A DNA stretch of 40,156 nucleotides from positions 48,086,507 through 48,126,662 of the forward strand of contig NC_057718.1 in the NCBI RefSeq assembly GCF_004010195.1, written 5' to 3'. This DNA comes from Chiloscyllium plagiosum (taxonomy: Eukaryota). Shown here piece after piece: positions 1 to 11,592 of the stretch (its first letter is position 1; each line of letters starts with the position of its first letter). The position numbers were made by a program, and so were the translations under genes. The notes beneath the pieces are model-generated. The model ran no database searches, was not told where the DNA came from, and was given only the letters and a program-made list of their open reading frames with translations.

Positions 1-365
1 CAAGCTGCTAATCTCCGAGCCAGAGCATTATGTGAATTGGAAAAAAATTACCAACTAAAGAGCCGACAACTTTTGGGCATGCGCTGATTTGTCTGTAATG
101 AACATATTTTTAAAAGAAAATATATTTGATATAATAGAAAAGCTGTGATTTATAGAATGGTAGTCTATCACAAATTTGACTGTCTCTTACTGTGTACATC
201 AGATACTCAATTTAGTCTCAACTTTTGCTTCCACACTGAAATGGAAAGAAACATTCAAAAGAGCACCCACTTTCTCTTCACACCATGATTCACCTTGTTT
301 TCTAACGTGCTGCTGCCCCATCGAGGTTCCCAACGCGGCAAGTCACACACCATCTTTCCTATTCC

Positions 366-553
366 GAGTCAAAAAAGTGTGGCAGTGGAAAAAGCACAGC
401 AGGTCAGGCAGCAGCTGAGGACCAAGAGAGTCGGTGTTTTGGGTATGACCCTTCAACAGTCCTGATCCTTGGAGGCTGCCTGACCTGCTGTGCTTTTTCC
501 TGTGCCACACTTTATCAAGTGACTCTCCAGCATCTGCAGGCTTACTAAGTCCT
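366..553. mobile_element. Palindromic Penelope-like pseudo-LTR insert (two inverted pLTR pieces)
   Basis: Inverted arms aaagtgtggcagtggaaaaagcacagcaggtcaggcagc (374-412) and gctgcctgacctgctgtgctttttcctgtgccacacttt (475-513). Flanking near-duplication ctttcctattcc (354-365) / cttccctattcc (556-567). Same motif family as the terminus preceding the Penelope ORF at 39060-39173. Confidence 0.7.
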
Positions 554-1752
554 ACCTTCCCTATTCCATTAACTTTTCTTCATACTTTCAAACTTTGCTG
601 TGGACATGTTACAGCATATACATGCTGGTATGGCCTCTTAAAATGTACCATTTCCTGACTTTATTGTTACATATTTATTTCTGTTATAACTTTTGTTGAC
701 CCAGTGCTACCATTTTTGCATATGAGATTAGATTTGTTGTAAAGTATTTTCAAAACACTCCAGTTTGGAGTAAGCAGCTTCATATTAAAATTTATATTCA
801 ATTTATTGCCATTCTATGTTTAAGTATTTTCTCAAAAGTACATTTGTGTTTCTGCACTACTATATTTGTATAATTTATGGAGGTAACTCAATTTGGGGGC
901 AGTAAACTTGGCAGTATTAATCAAGCTGTCCAGTGTATACCACTACATTCCTTTCCGGAAAAAGAAAATTACACAGGGTGTATAACAAATGGCCAATTGC
1001 ATACCACCAGTTTTGTCCTCATTTAAGTGGATTTTATTTGGATATAATGAAAAGCTGTTTGCTAACTTTTTATTCTTTGTAGCCATACAGATGTAAATTT
1101 ATCTTGTTTGTGAAAGTCTACAGTTGATTAAAATCAATATTTTTAAGCTACTACACTTTGAAGTCAAATTTTGTATATGCAAATGCACTTTTCAGATCAA
1201 TTTCCACACTTTAATATCTCAATGCCAATTTTAACTGCTATTTGAATACTTAAAACATTCATGAGCACGTTTTGATGAACTCTTGTGCAAATCAATGGGG
1301 TACTCCTTAACCTCCTTGATACATACCCATCAAGCTTAAACTGACAAAGGTTTGAAGTTCTGGTCAAAAGGTGTTTTGTTTTTCCTTTGCTCGTTACAAT
1401 CTTGTTCAAGCTCAAGAAAATGTTCTTTTTTGGATTTTTTTTTAGTAAACCTTGGCAGAATTCAGGAAGTATTTCAACTTTCTAAATACTCTTTTCATCA
1501 CCTTGCACTGGCTATATCTCATTATTAGCACAGGTTTAATGGTTTTAGTGTAATCTAAGATTTAGTGAGTTCCAGCTGCTGATATCAATTCTTCCTAGTG
1601 ATTATACCAATACTAGGGCCATAGCATATATCTCATTACCCTGTGAAACCTTTAAAGATTTTGGAACGTGTATAGAATTAACAATTAGATTTACACAATG
1701 CCAATTCGATTCATACAGTACCTGTGGATTTTTTTTATTTGTTCCTTTGCAG

Positions 1753-1953
1753 TTGTCTGGTATTAAATGTTCAGTACTTCAAATGGATTTATACCAGATG
1801 TTAGTTATGTTGGCGTTGAAAGTGTCAGAAGCTTACACGAGCTGTAGTAATATCTGCCAGCAACTATTGTTGATTCTGGAAGAGAGATTAAAAATTTAAA
1901 TGAAACAGAAGAAGCACCTTCCATGTGAAGTGTATCTGGTTGTTAACAAAAGA
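1753..1953 (+). other. Weak candidate exon (non-coding or stop-containing)
   Basis: Pyrimidine tract plus ttcctttgcAG acceptor at 1751-1752 and aga|GTAAGA donor at 1954. All three frames contain stops and no product is recognised. Confidence 0.2.
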
Positions 1954-3004
1954 GTAAGATGCAATCTTCCCCTCACTGTAGGTGGCGAGAAGGGGAAATA
2001 ATTGGGTGAGTCAGACCTGGAGAGATACCCTTCCTTGCCTCCCCACGAGTTAACTGTTGGTGTAAAGGTGCAGTTTTTGACTTGTCAGTAAATAAGGCCC
2101 CCTTAAGTAGCCAACTATAAACCACTTAGCTGCAACTTGATATTTCCCAAGTTAATTGGCTTCCTGGCAGGTGAGGAAAAGTGGCTGGATTCCTAACTGT
2201 ACAATCAAGGTGACCTGCCTGCTCGTTTGGAGTGGGATGCCACCATGTACCCCAATCTAGGATAATTGAGACACAGGTAGGCTGAAGGGGGCAAAGAATG
2301 GCCTCAAAGCACCTACTACAGTACATGCCTTTTAATTTCTTCAACACATCACCAACCCTGAGAGAAATAAAAGATCTGCTGCTCACTGTTGGATACCTTA
2401 AAGAGTACCCAAAAGTTCCTGGCTGGCTGGTAGCTTCAAGTGTCCATAAGACACCCACAATTGAGGCCTGCAATATGCTGGGATGTTTACCACTCAGCTG
2501 ATTGTACACCAATCAGGCAGTGGGGGCATTAAATTAGTTGACACCACCTATGGCCTGAAAAAGGAAAACCTTTGGTATAATTGGTTCAAGTAGTTTTAGA
2601 ACTAACTTTGCTCAGGAACATAATGTGAATAACAAATATTTAATCAGAAAAATAATGTATTTTGAATTTGTATTTAGTATACTGTCGACTAGTTGAAGAG
2701 CACATTCCATGTTAATTCAAATAAGAGGATGACGAATTATTGTTTTGATTATCCATCACCATAAAAGGAGAAGACAATGGGGACTATTGCATACAATTAA
2801 ATAATATAAATGTGATATGAAATTGTTTAATCATATAAATAGGACTGCTTTATAAATATACTGCAAAGTATTGGCACACATCATGCAGAATATTTGTGCT
2901 TAATTTACATTTCCATCTTCCAGCTGTAATAAACTGAGTCAGAATATTGGGGATAGAAAGAAGATTAGTGACTCCTTAAAAGTTCCTATCTAATTGCTGA
3001 AATG

Positions 3005-3660
3005 GGGACTGAATCTTCTAGGGCCCTGAACAGCATTGACTATAGTGATAAATCTGGGAGAATCATGTGAGAATTAATGCAAGGGCTGCCTTGATATTGG
3101 GGGCAATTCGTTGCATTTTCAAACGAAGTTTCCAGCAGCGAGATGATTCTGGCTAGAAAGTAATGAGTGCCTATTCATTGGGATTATTGCTTGTTGTCAG
3201 CCTCAAACTAAAAATCTTGTCTCATCAATGTGCAGCTTGCAGCCATGAAAGTTAGAGCAGGTATCTACCAACATCAACTCGCCAGTTTCTTTGAATCATC
3301 TTAGAAATCCAGCGGCTATATCTTGTACTCCATGGCACCAGCTATGTACGACCCTGTCCATAAACTGTTGACATTTGATACCTGCCAGCCTCTCCAAACT
3401 CTCATGGGTACCTACTTGATTCATTTACAGGGCACTGCATTAATCCTCTGATATGACCAGATCCCATTCTGGGGTTCCTGATTTATTTCGGGTTTATACA
3501 ATTTATTATACAACAGCAAGAAGCTTGCTCAACAGAAAAATCCAGGCACATTTTGCAACAGGAGAAGTCTGTGTATACTGACCTTCAGGAGAACAGTACC
3601 TTTCGGCAAGCTACATCAGCCTATGTGCTGCTACAATTGAATGTGCTTATCTGTCATTCA
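3005..3660. mobile_element. Possible highly decayed PIF/Harbinger-like DNA transposon remnant
   Basis: Starts gggactgaatctt, resembling GGGCNGAATTTT-type termini, and is GC-richer than its flanks. Recognition from memory only. Confidence 0.25.
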
Positions 3661-4158
3661 GTTGAAAGTGGTTGCCTAAATAATAATTATTGTAATAGGA
3701 AACTGCCTTAACCATTACAACTTGGATTTATTTATAAACTATCTGTAAAAGTAGACATGTCTTGATACCACACAGACTGGGAGATCATGAACAGCTTTGT
3801 GAAACAAATGGGAAGTTGGTGTGAGTAGGAATTTGATGGAGAAGAAGGAGGAAATTCTCATGGTTTTTTTCTCTAGCCACTGATAAGTATTCTTCGTTTG
3901 AATGTAGTTGCAAAGATTGTCATTTGTTGTTCGTTTAGCTAATTAAATAAAATTATACCAATTAAATAAATTAGATATTTGGACATGGGAGGGATGCAGG
4001 TATGCTGTGTCTAGACCATATGGTAACGTGGATCTGTTGATATTAGAAGGTTTGTAAGATCCACTTTGGGGTTTCAAGTAGATACCTAAGTGCAGCCTTG
4101 AAGGTAAATTCTGGGTTGTTACTGGAAGGTGAGGTAAAGACAAGGGGTTCAGCAAATT

Positions 4159-4382
4159 GAGTCTTGGAGTCATACAGCATGGAAACAGATGCTTCGGTCC
4201 AACTTATCCATGCTGACCAGACATCCTGATCTGACCTAGTCCCGTTTGCCAGTATTTGACCATATTCCTCTAAATCCATCCTATTCATATACCCATCCAG
4301 ATGCTTTTATAATGTTGTAATTGTACCAGCCTCCTCTGGCAGCTTGTTTCATACACATACTCACCTCTGCATGAAAAATGCC
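4159..4382 (-). mobile_element. CR1/HER1-type LINE 3' end fragment
   Basis: Minus strand encodes the ORF2 end (YMNRMDLEEYG) and the 3' tail ...ctgtttccatgctgtatgactc. Similar to 16822-17050. Confidence 0.85.
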
Positions 4383-6016
4383 TGGTGTATTTTGATGAAT
4401 ATGTTCACTTATTTGAAGGTTGTTCTATGTCGCCATAAGCCTCAACTACAGGTGAAGTATTTTCACATAACCTTAGTAGTCAAATTAACTTTCAATATGT
4501 CCACACAAAATTAGAATGATGAATAATTTAATAAATTAGATGTTTTGTACTTTTGCTCTCAACATTTTCAATTTTTTACCACCTTTCCCTTTTCTTGGTG
4601 GACTATGGCTTCTATGGTTTTTAACAGTTTGATGGTAGTTAAAACTTAACTATATTTTAAGTTCGATGTTGGGTAATGAAAATTGGCAAACTAATTTATG
4701 ATCAAGAGTTTCACCATAGAACTCAAACATGTCCTTACCTAAGATTCACACAAGAGCTGACATACTTTCACATATGAGGTTCTGAATAGTGACCTTCAGG
4801 ATTGAGTATTATACTGTGTTGACCAAGGTAGGAAAAGTGCACTCTATCTCTCTTTAGTCCCAGTACGCCATGGATACAACACAAATTTAATCATCTTACC
4901 CAGTTCCCAATATGGCCAAGGGTGTGCTTTTACTATTTTAGTTTAGAATAAAAAGTTTCATTAACTAGATTTCTTGAATAAACACATAATTGCTGTTTTA
5001 TTATAAAACAAAGCTTCAAAATTGCAAATCTGATTAATATTCACTTTGTAATCTAATTTAATATAGAAATATAAATGTTTACCCTTTAAATAATCCACTT
5101 CATGTTCATGTCAGGTAAAGGATAAAAATGGATTTCCTGCTCTGGGGTTTCATATTAGGATGGAATAAAAAACACTTATCTAATAGTAGTTAGTTCTTGA
5201 TGGAAAAGAGGATAAGGTATGGGTTGTTCAGATTGTACTAAAATGCTTATGTTATCAAAATGTAATACATTACTTACATGGATTCTGTTTACATGAAGAT
5301 CTCTGAGGTATTTATTTACAGCCAAAATATGATATACAGTATAATCTCCAGACACAGCCTGTGCCTTGAATGCTGCAAGGCAGAGAGCCCATGGACTGTA
5401 GTCATGTGTTAACATCAAAAAGTATTTGGCTTATTTGCATGTAGAGCTTCCTAAAGGACCATCAGACCAAAGGTGATCTCACAACATAAGGGCTGTTCAA
5501 TCTGGTATTCTGGGACACCTAGATAGGTAACTAGACATATACAATTATCTCTAAGATCTTTGCAGTTGCAAATGTTTAGGAAATATCAATATAAATTACC
5601 TTAGAAATTTCTCATGCATGCAGTTTGATCAGTCTTCCAGGTTCCACAATGGATGTACAACAAGGAGTTTGCAGAAATGGGAGACAGATGAGTCAGGCTG
5701 CCTTTTCCTCAGCATAATTATCCCAGCTGAAAACCAAAAAACCAATGTCCAACTGCATGTAAAATGTCATCTAAATAGAAACTATCTTTATGGCAGTCAT
5801 AAAACCCAGGCATATGACCTCCAGCAAACAAGTCCAGCAATTACCTGAAACCACAAGTTTACAAAAAAAAATTAATTTGTGAAGAAAAATGTTCTAATAT
5901 CCAACAAGGCCTAAATGAAAGAAAACCAGCTATCCACAGGAGTTGAAGTAAATATTTTTTTTCTCTACTGTGAAGACCATCACTATTTTACTTTTATTTT
6001 TCTCATTTTCTGGTTT

Positions 6017-7375
6017 GTAAATGTAAGTTGAAGTTAAGAACTGAATTTTGAACTTTGAACAACAGTTTGTTTTAAAACGGAAGAGAATGAAGAGATATTT
6101 TCTGGGAACTGACCTGAAAAGTAATGCAAGTTAATTACTGATCTCAGGATAGTGAAGCAAATCAGTGCAGAGTTGCTGCTATGTTCAGAGCTGGTAGCTG
6201 GTGGGTGTTGAATTGGTCAATCAAGGAAGTACCAGTTCTGACTGGATTTTCGTAGGAGGCAGTGTGATTTTTTTTGGAGACTTCCAGAGACGGTGCTGCT
6301 TGGTTTTGCTTTCTCTCCAGTTATTGAGTTGTTAATAGTTCTGAGAAAAGAATCCCAGTGTGTAAAGAATAAATAAATATTCCTTGATGTCTCCTGATAC
6401 TGCTTACATTAACTGTGTCCTTTTCTGGTCACCCTATTATAGAAAGGATGTTATTAAGCTGGAGAAGGTTCAAAAGAGATTTACCAGGATGTTGCCAGGA
6501 ATGGAAGGTTTTGAATTATAAAGAGAGGCTAGTTAGGCTGGGACTTTTTCAACTGGAGCATAGGAGGTTGAGAGGTAACCTTATTGAGGTTTATAAAATA
6601 ATGAGGGCTATGGATAAGGTAAATGGCAGGTATCTTTTCCCTCGAGTGGGGGATTTCAAGACTAGGGGGCATATTTTTAAGGTGAGAGAAGAAAGAATTT
6701 AAAAAGATATGAGAGGCTTTTTTTTTCTTACACAGGGAGTATTTCATGTGTGGAATGAATTTCCAGAGGAAGTGGTGGGTGCAAGTGCAGTTATAATGTT
6801 TAGGAGACATTTAGATAAGTACATGAAGAAGAAATGTTTGGAAGAATATGGGCCAAGTGAAGGCAGGTGGGACTAGTTTAGTTTGGCCTTATGGTCGGTT
6901 GGACCAAAGAGTCTGTTTCTATACTGTATGACTCTATAACTGGTGACATTGGAATTCAAGCAAGATATACAGTTCTACTTGTCTGTGAAAAGCTCAGTTC
7001 AAGGATTTCATGAAACTCTGATATCCACTGTTTGAAATGGTTTATTCAACCGGTAAATCATTCTTTCATTTTTAAAAAAATTATCCCTTAATTTTGTCTG
7101 TCTGGGTATGAGTGGGGTTATGATCAAAGAAGATTGGGCTTTAGATTGTAGATCTTCATCTGGGTTCTGATAAATTTAAATTATTAATAATCAATTGTTA
7201 ATGTTGTTTTAAGTTATAAACTTGGTGTCCAAGATCTGTTATTCATAAAGTCTGATTAGGAACAACTGAGGAATTTTGAAGGTTATTGAATATTTTAATC
7301 TCTCTGCGTTGAAGATCCAGTGATAATGAAGCTAATTTGGTTTGGCTTGCTATCTATGTGTTGTAATACTACAAT
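6017..7375 (+). mobile_element. Possible decayed solo LTR-like element interrupted by the CR1 at 6412-6941
   Basis: TG-start (tgtaaatg) and tgttgtaata/ctaca-like end, non-coding. Impression only; no TSD established. Confidence 0.2.
6412..6941 (+). mobile_element. 5'-truncated CR1/HER1-type LINE
   Basis: Translates to YKERLVRLGLFQLEHRRLRGNLIEVYKIM...TRGH (CR1 ORF2 C-terminus) and ends in the tail ctgtatgactctataact. Confidence 0.9.
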
Positions 7376-7508
7376 TCTTCAAAATTGTAGTATACATTTT
7401 GAAGAATTGTAGTGTTAGTACACATGGATACTAAGCCAAACCAAATCAGCTTCATTATCACTGGATCTTCAACGTAGAGAGATTAAAATATTCAATAACT
7501 TTCAAAAT
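7273..7508. repeat. Long near-perfect palindrome (113-bp arms, 10-nt spacer)
   Basis: 7273-7385 pairs without gaps with 7396-7508; 104 of 113 positions are Watson-Crick by manual alignment. Confidence 0.95.
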
Positions 7509-8181
7509 CATGAATCTGAAGCCTTCATAATACCTTTACCCTTGATAACTGAAATGCCATTTTCAAATGTGTATCATTATGAAGTACAAGTCAAGAAAGT
7601 ACCCAATGAACTTCTGAAACCACTTCTGTTCAGGTAACTGGTTACCCTGAATTGACTTGCTTCTCCTTCTAGGGCAATTATTTTACCCTCTGATTTAATC
7701 TCTGGATTCTGCTGAATTAAAACTCCATTCTGAAGTCAAACCTAACTTAATTGACTTAATGAGTTTACTCTGCTTGTCATAATCCAACAGGATAAACATT
7801 TTAATTGTTAATATTGTAGGGATTTTTGTTAATACTCTGTTGCATTTACAAGCTTTCTTGAAACTGATATATGGAGTCCACTGTCCCAAATGACTTTTTT
7901 TAAAAAACTTAAGAGTGTACCAAAATTCATTGGCCTCTACTTTGAAGCCCAAATGCCAAAATATAATATACATTTTATACATTTTCAGCTGTAATAACAA
8001 ATTCTACTAAAAGATTGTGCTATTTTGATTTTTGATATTTTTTGTCTACAAAGTCTATGATCTGTACATACCAGTGACTCCAACACATTTAACAAGCTGA
8101 TAGCCATCCCAAAGTTTGGTGTAGATTTAGCTTTGTGGGAAAATATGTTCCACTGGTTTCTCCATGCCTGACTTATCTTCT

Positions 8182-8720
8182 TGTAACAGGTCCAAACTTA
8201 CCATAGACCAATAGTATTGAAAACGACTGTGGTTCAAACTTTGTTGCGTTCAAACAGTCACAAGTTAAACAACTGTTACACAACAAATTAAGTTAATTTA
8301 GATTCCCCAAACAGCTGACTGGCTATAAAAACTGCACAAACTACCCACTGGAAAGCTTGATTGTACTGCTATTTATAAGTCACTGAGCTCTATTGACTGG
8401 TGCACTTCGGATCTCCTTGGTATGAAGGTGAGTCTCACTGGCCAAGTCGTTGAGGGAATGGCCATCAGGTGTCCATTCTTATAACCCCTTTCTGTGCCTT
8501 TCTGGGATGTTCTCTGTCTTCAGCCAATGGGGACATAGGGCAGGGGTCACAGCACACAATTAAGCTAGGCCAGGTCGTCTTGGGTGTATCCATCCCCCTT
8601 CCAAGATATGATTACTCCCATGGTGGCAAGGAGTCTGGTTGAAATTAGGAAATACACAAACATGTCTTTCCTTATTATTCTGACTGAATACTTCTTAATG
8701 GGTTTCGGATCCCAGCAACG
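8182..8720 (-). mobile_element. Candidate solo LTR (about 540 bp)
   Basis: The minus strand ends ...cctgttaCA and begins (c)gttgctggg. It contains ATTGG (CCAAT box, about 8524) about 40 bp upstream of ggggtTATAA (about 8479-8488). No clean TSD. Confidence 0.35.
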
Positions 8721-8727
8721 GGTTCTG

Positions 8728-8994
8728 CCTCGGGCGAGTGTCTGTGTGGAGGTTGCACATTCTTCCTGTGTCTGCATGGGTTTCCTCTGGTGCTCCGGTT
8801 TCCTCCCACAATCCAAAGATGTGCAGGTCAATTGAATTGGCCATGCTAAATTGCCCATAGAGTTAGGTGCATTAGTCAGGGGTAAATATAGGGTAGGGGA
8901 ATGGGTCTGGGTGATTTACTCTTTGGAGGGTCGATGTGGACTTGTAGGGCCAAATGGCCTGTTTCAATACTGTAGGGAATCTATTCTAATCTAA
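8728..8994 (+). mobile_element. HE1-type V-SINE, 5'-truncated
   Basis: V-domain tgtctgtgtggaggttgcacattct...ggtttcctcccacaatccaaagatgtgcaggt, CR1-like tail, and an (tctaa)n-like end. Confidence 0.9.
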
Positions 8995-9016
8995 ACTCTC
9001 CCATTGTTAAGGTCGA

Positions 9017-9600
9017 GCACCATAAGAATAGGGAAGTCTTGCTGCAACTGTGCAAGGTGCTGGTGAGACCACATCTGGAGTACTGTGGGCTTTTATTGTC
9101 CCCTTATTTAAGGAATGATATTAATTCATTGGAGGCAGTTCAGAGAAGGTTCACTCGGATGATCCCAGGTGTGGAGAGATTGTCTTATGAGCAAAGGTTG
9201 ACACTCTACTAATTGGAATTTAGAAGAGTAAGGGGTGATCTCATGAAACATATGGATTTTTAAGGGGCTTAACAGAGTAAATGCTGAGAGGATACTTCCC
9301 CTCATGGGAGAGTCTAGGACCAGAAGGCAAATGTCAGAATAAAGGGCTGCCAATTTATGACTGAAATAAGGAGTAATTTCTTTTGTCAGAGGGTTGAGAG
9401 TCTTTGGAACTTTAGGACAGTTCTTGTGTATATTTAAGGCTGAGATAGATCGATTCTTGATCCTAGAGGAATCAAGAGTTAAGGGGAGAACACAGAAAAG
9501 TGGACATGAGGAGTATCAGATCAGGCATAGTCCTATTGAATGACAGAGTAAACCCAAGGGGCTATACAGCCTACTCCTGTTCCTATTTCTTATGGTCTTA
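9017..9600 (+). mobile_element. 5'-truncated CR1 LINE (second subfamily)
   Basis: LLQLCKVLVRPHLEYC...LEAVQRRFTRMIPG; tail cctactcctgttcctatttcttatggtctta. Confidence 0.85.
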
Positions 9601-9942
9601 AAAGGTTTCCCAATCTATGAATATTTCCCCTAAATAAAAATCAATTCTTCTTTTGACTCCTCCTCACACACTGCAACTGTGAATGTAGTCCCTGGCTGAC
9701 AATGATTGACTTGATGGAAGGCCAATATTTAAATATGGCATTGGTGGTAGAAATCTGGAAAGGTCTTTGTCCTGGCAATGGCAAGTATTTCTGGCTCTGG
9801 CAAATGGAAAATGAAGCGAGTGTGCTGCAATGGAGATGTGGTGCACATATAATGAGGTGACCTGTGGAGAGTTGGGTGAGATAATTTGCTAGAGCTCGGA
9901 GAGAAACTCTTCACAAAGCTTCCCAAAATTGACATCTAGTCA

Positions 9943-10003
9943 AAAGCTGTGGTTTCAAATAAACTTTTGGACTATAACCTGGTGTTGTCTGACGTCTGAC
10001 CTT
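9943..10003 (+). mobile_element. Short fragment of a Penelope-like terminal repeat
   Basis: aaagctgtggtttcaaataaacttttggactataacctggtgttgt resembles a common elasmobranch Penelope terminus (from memory). Confidence 0.45.
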
Positions 10004-10129
10004 AATAAGTGTAATAATTGGAATGAGAATCAAGCTAAAAAGAATATAGAAGTTGTGGTTTTAGATTTGAAAAGCATTAAAAATAGCACTTCAAGTTTCA
10101 GTTGCAAGAAGGATACAAGACAGAAAGTA

Positions 10130-11256
10130 ATGGGTATGGGAAGAAGGAAGTTTCTCTGACAGACAGAAAGCAAGGAATGATGTTCTGTTGCAATCTCTGC
10201 TTGGACCATTATTGTTCACCAAATCCATAAATGATTTTAATTCAAAAATTGGAGTTGTACTGTTGCAACTGTAGACAATATCAAACATGGAGGAAAGTGA
10301 ATAGCTGACAATGTGGAGAAAGCATCAAAATCCAGGAGTACTTCAGGCTTTCAGAGTGGATAGATAAATTTAAAACTGAATTCAGTATAGCAAAATATGG
10401 CTGATTCGTTTTAGTAGAATGAGAAAGGTCACTTATTTTTTGGAAGGTTAGAAACTAAGTGTAATGGGGGTAAGTAAAGGAATCTACACACCTGGATATA
10501 GAAAATCACCAAAAATAACAAGTTAAAGCCATAAAGAACAGACGAAGTAGCATGATGCATTTTTAATGAAATAGAATATAAAAGCATGACCAATTGGTTA
10601 AAACACATTTGTGCAGTTTCTACGTGGGCACAGAGACCATAATATTAAAATTTACTGATATGACCAAAGTATGGGTTTAGTAAAGATTTGAATGGGCATA
10701 GATGACTAATGGAATAACAGATAAGATAATGCAATTTTATATGAATAAAATTAAGGTTTTGGAAGAAAGATTAAGAAATAGGAGCATACCTTTAAAGGAT
10801 ATTGCCAACAGTACCAACAAGATGACTTTATACAGTACATTAATGCAAATCAATGCTAAAGGGTTGTGAGGACAGGTTGCATTTAATTTGCATTCCATTA
10901 AGTTGAAGGATGATATAATCAAGTGTTTCAAATTAATCAAAGATTTCAGTTAATTGATTGTGAAACTATTTCATATGGGACGGAATACTGAAGGACCATG
11001 AGGCCTTAACTTAAAAGTTTTCTTTTGTAAAAAGCAAGAGCTTTTGCATTCAAGGAGTATGGAAATTCATTTCCTGAAATGCTATAGATGTTAGGTCAAT
11101 TGAAATGTTCTAAGGCTAACATCAATTTGTTTTTGTTAGATATTGGTATCAAGGGAGAAAAGGTGGGTAAATAATATTGATGTTTATGTCAGTCGTGATC
11201 TAATCAAACTCAGACTCAAGGGCTTAATAGCATACACCAATTTTGATGCTCCCATG
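10130..11256 (+). mobile_element. Old, heavily decayed CR1 LINE (RT domain to 3' end)
   Basis: Remnant of VPQGSVLGPLLF..INDL (gttctgttgcaatctctgcttggaccattattgttcacc...ataaatgattt), gatataatcaagtgtttcaaatt (DLIEVFKI-like), and a decayed tail. Confidence 0.65.
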
Positions 11257-11339
11257 AAAGATGGCAAAAGAAATGGTTGATTCATGAAAATGGAAAAAAT
11301 AATACATAGTATTTTCCAGAGCTATGAAAATATGCAGGT

Positions 11340-11500
11340 AGATAAGATCATTAAAGATTACCAACAATTTTTTAGGTTTCATAAATAGGGGCACAGATTC
11401 AAATCTCTCGGGATGTTGGCAATTTTATATAGGGACATGCTTAGGTCAAACATTAGAGCACTGCATGCAGTTTTGACCACCCGAATACATGTAGGGCAGT
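11340..11500 (+). mobile_element. Decayed CR1 ORF2 fragment
   Basis: LGFINRGTDSN...LYRDMLR...LEHCMQF-like remnant of the ILGFI.RG.EYK...LY..LVRP.LEYC.QFW motif. Confidence 0.55.
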
Positions 11501-11592
11501 GAATACACACAACACACTAACCCAAAGGTTGAGATGCACAATGTTTGCTTGTTAGATAAGAAATTGGTTTTGTGAACTCTGATGCAGTATTG

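Noticed and set aside
1270..1348. C/D snoRNA-like spacing (TGATGA at 1273, CTGA at 1341)
   Set aside because: Box C lacks the leading purine, there is no proper terminal stem, and no rRNA guide complementarity is recognisable.
2126..2512. 128-aa ORF
   Set aside because: No recognisable motif or splice context; lies in a GC-richer block that looks like decayed repeat.
7510..7633. Open frame containing VYHYEVQVK (Argonaute N-domain-like) ending at cag|GTAACT
   Set aside because: The similarity covers only a few residues, there is no acceptor, and the frame runs back into the palindrome.
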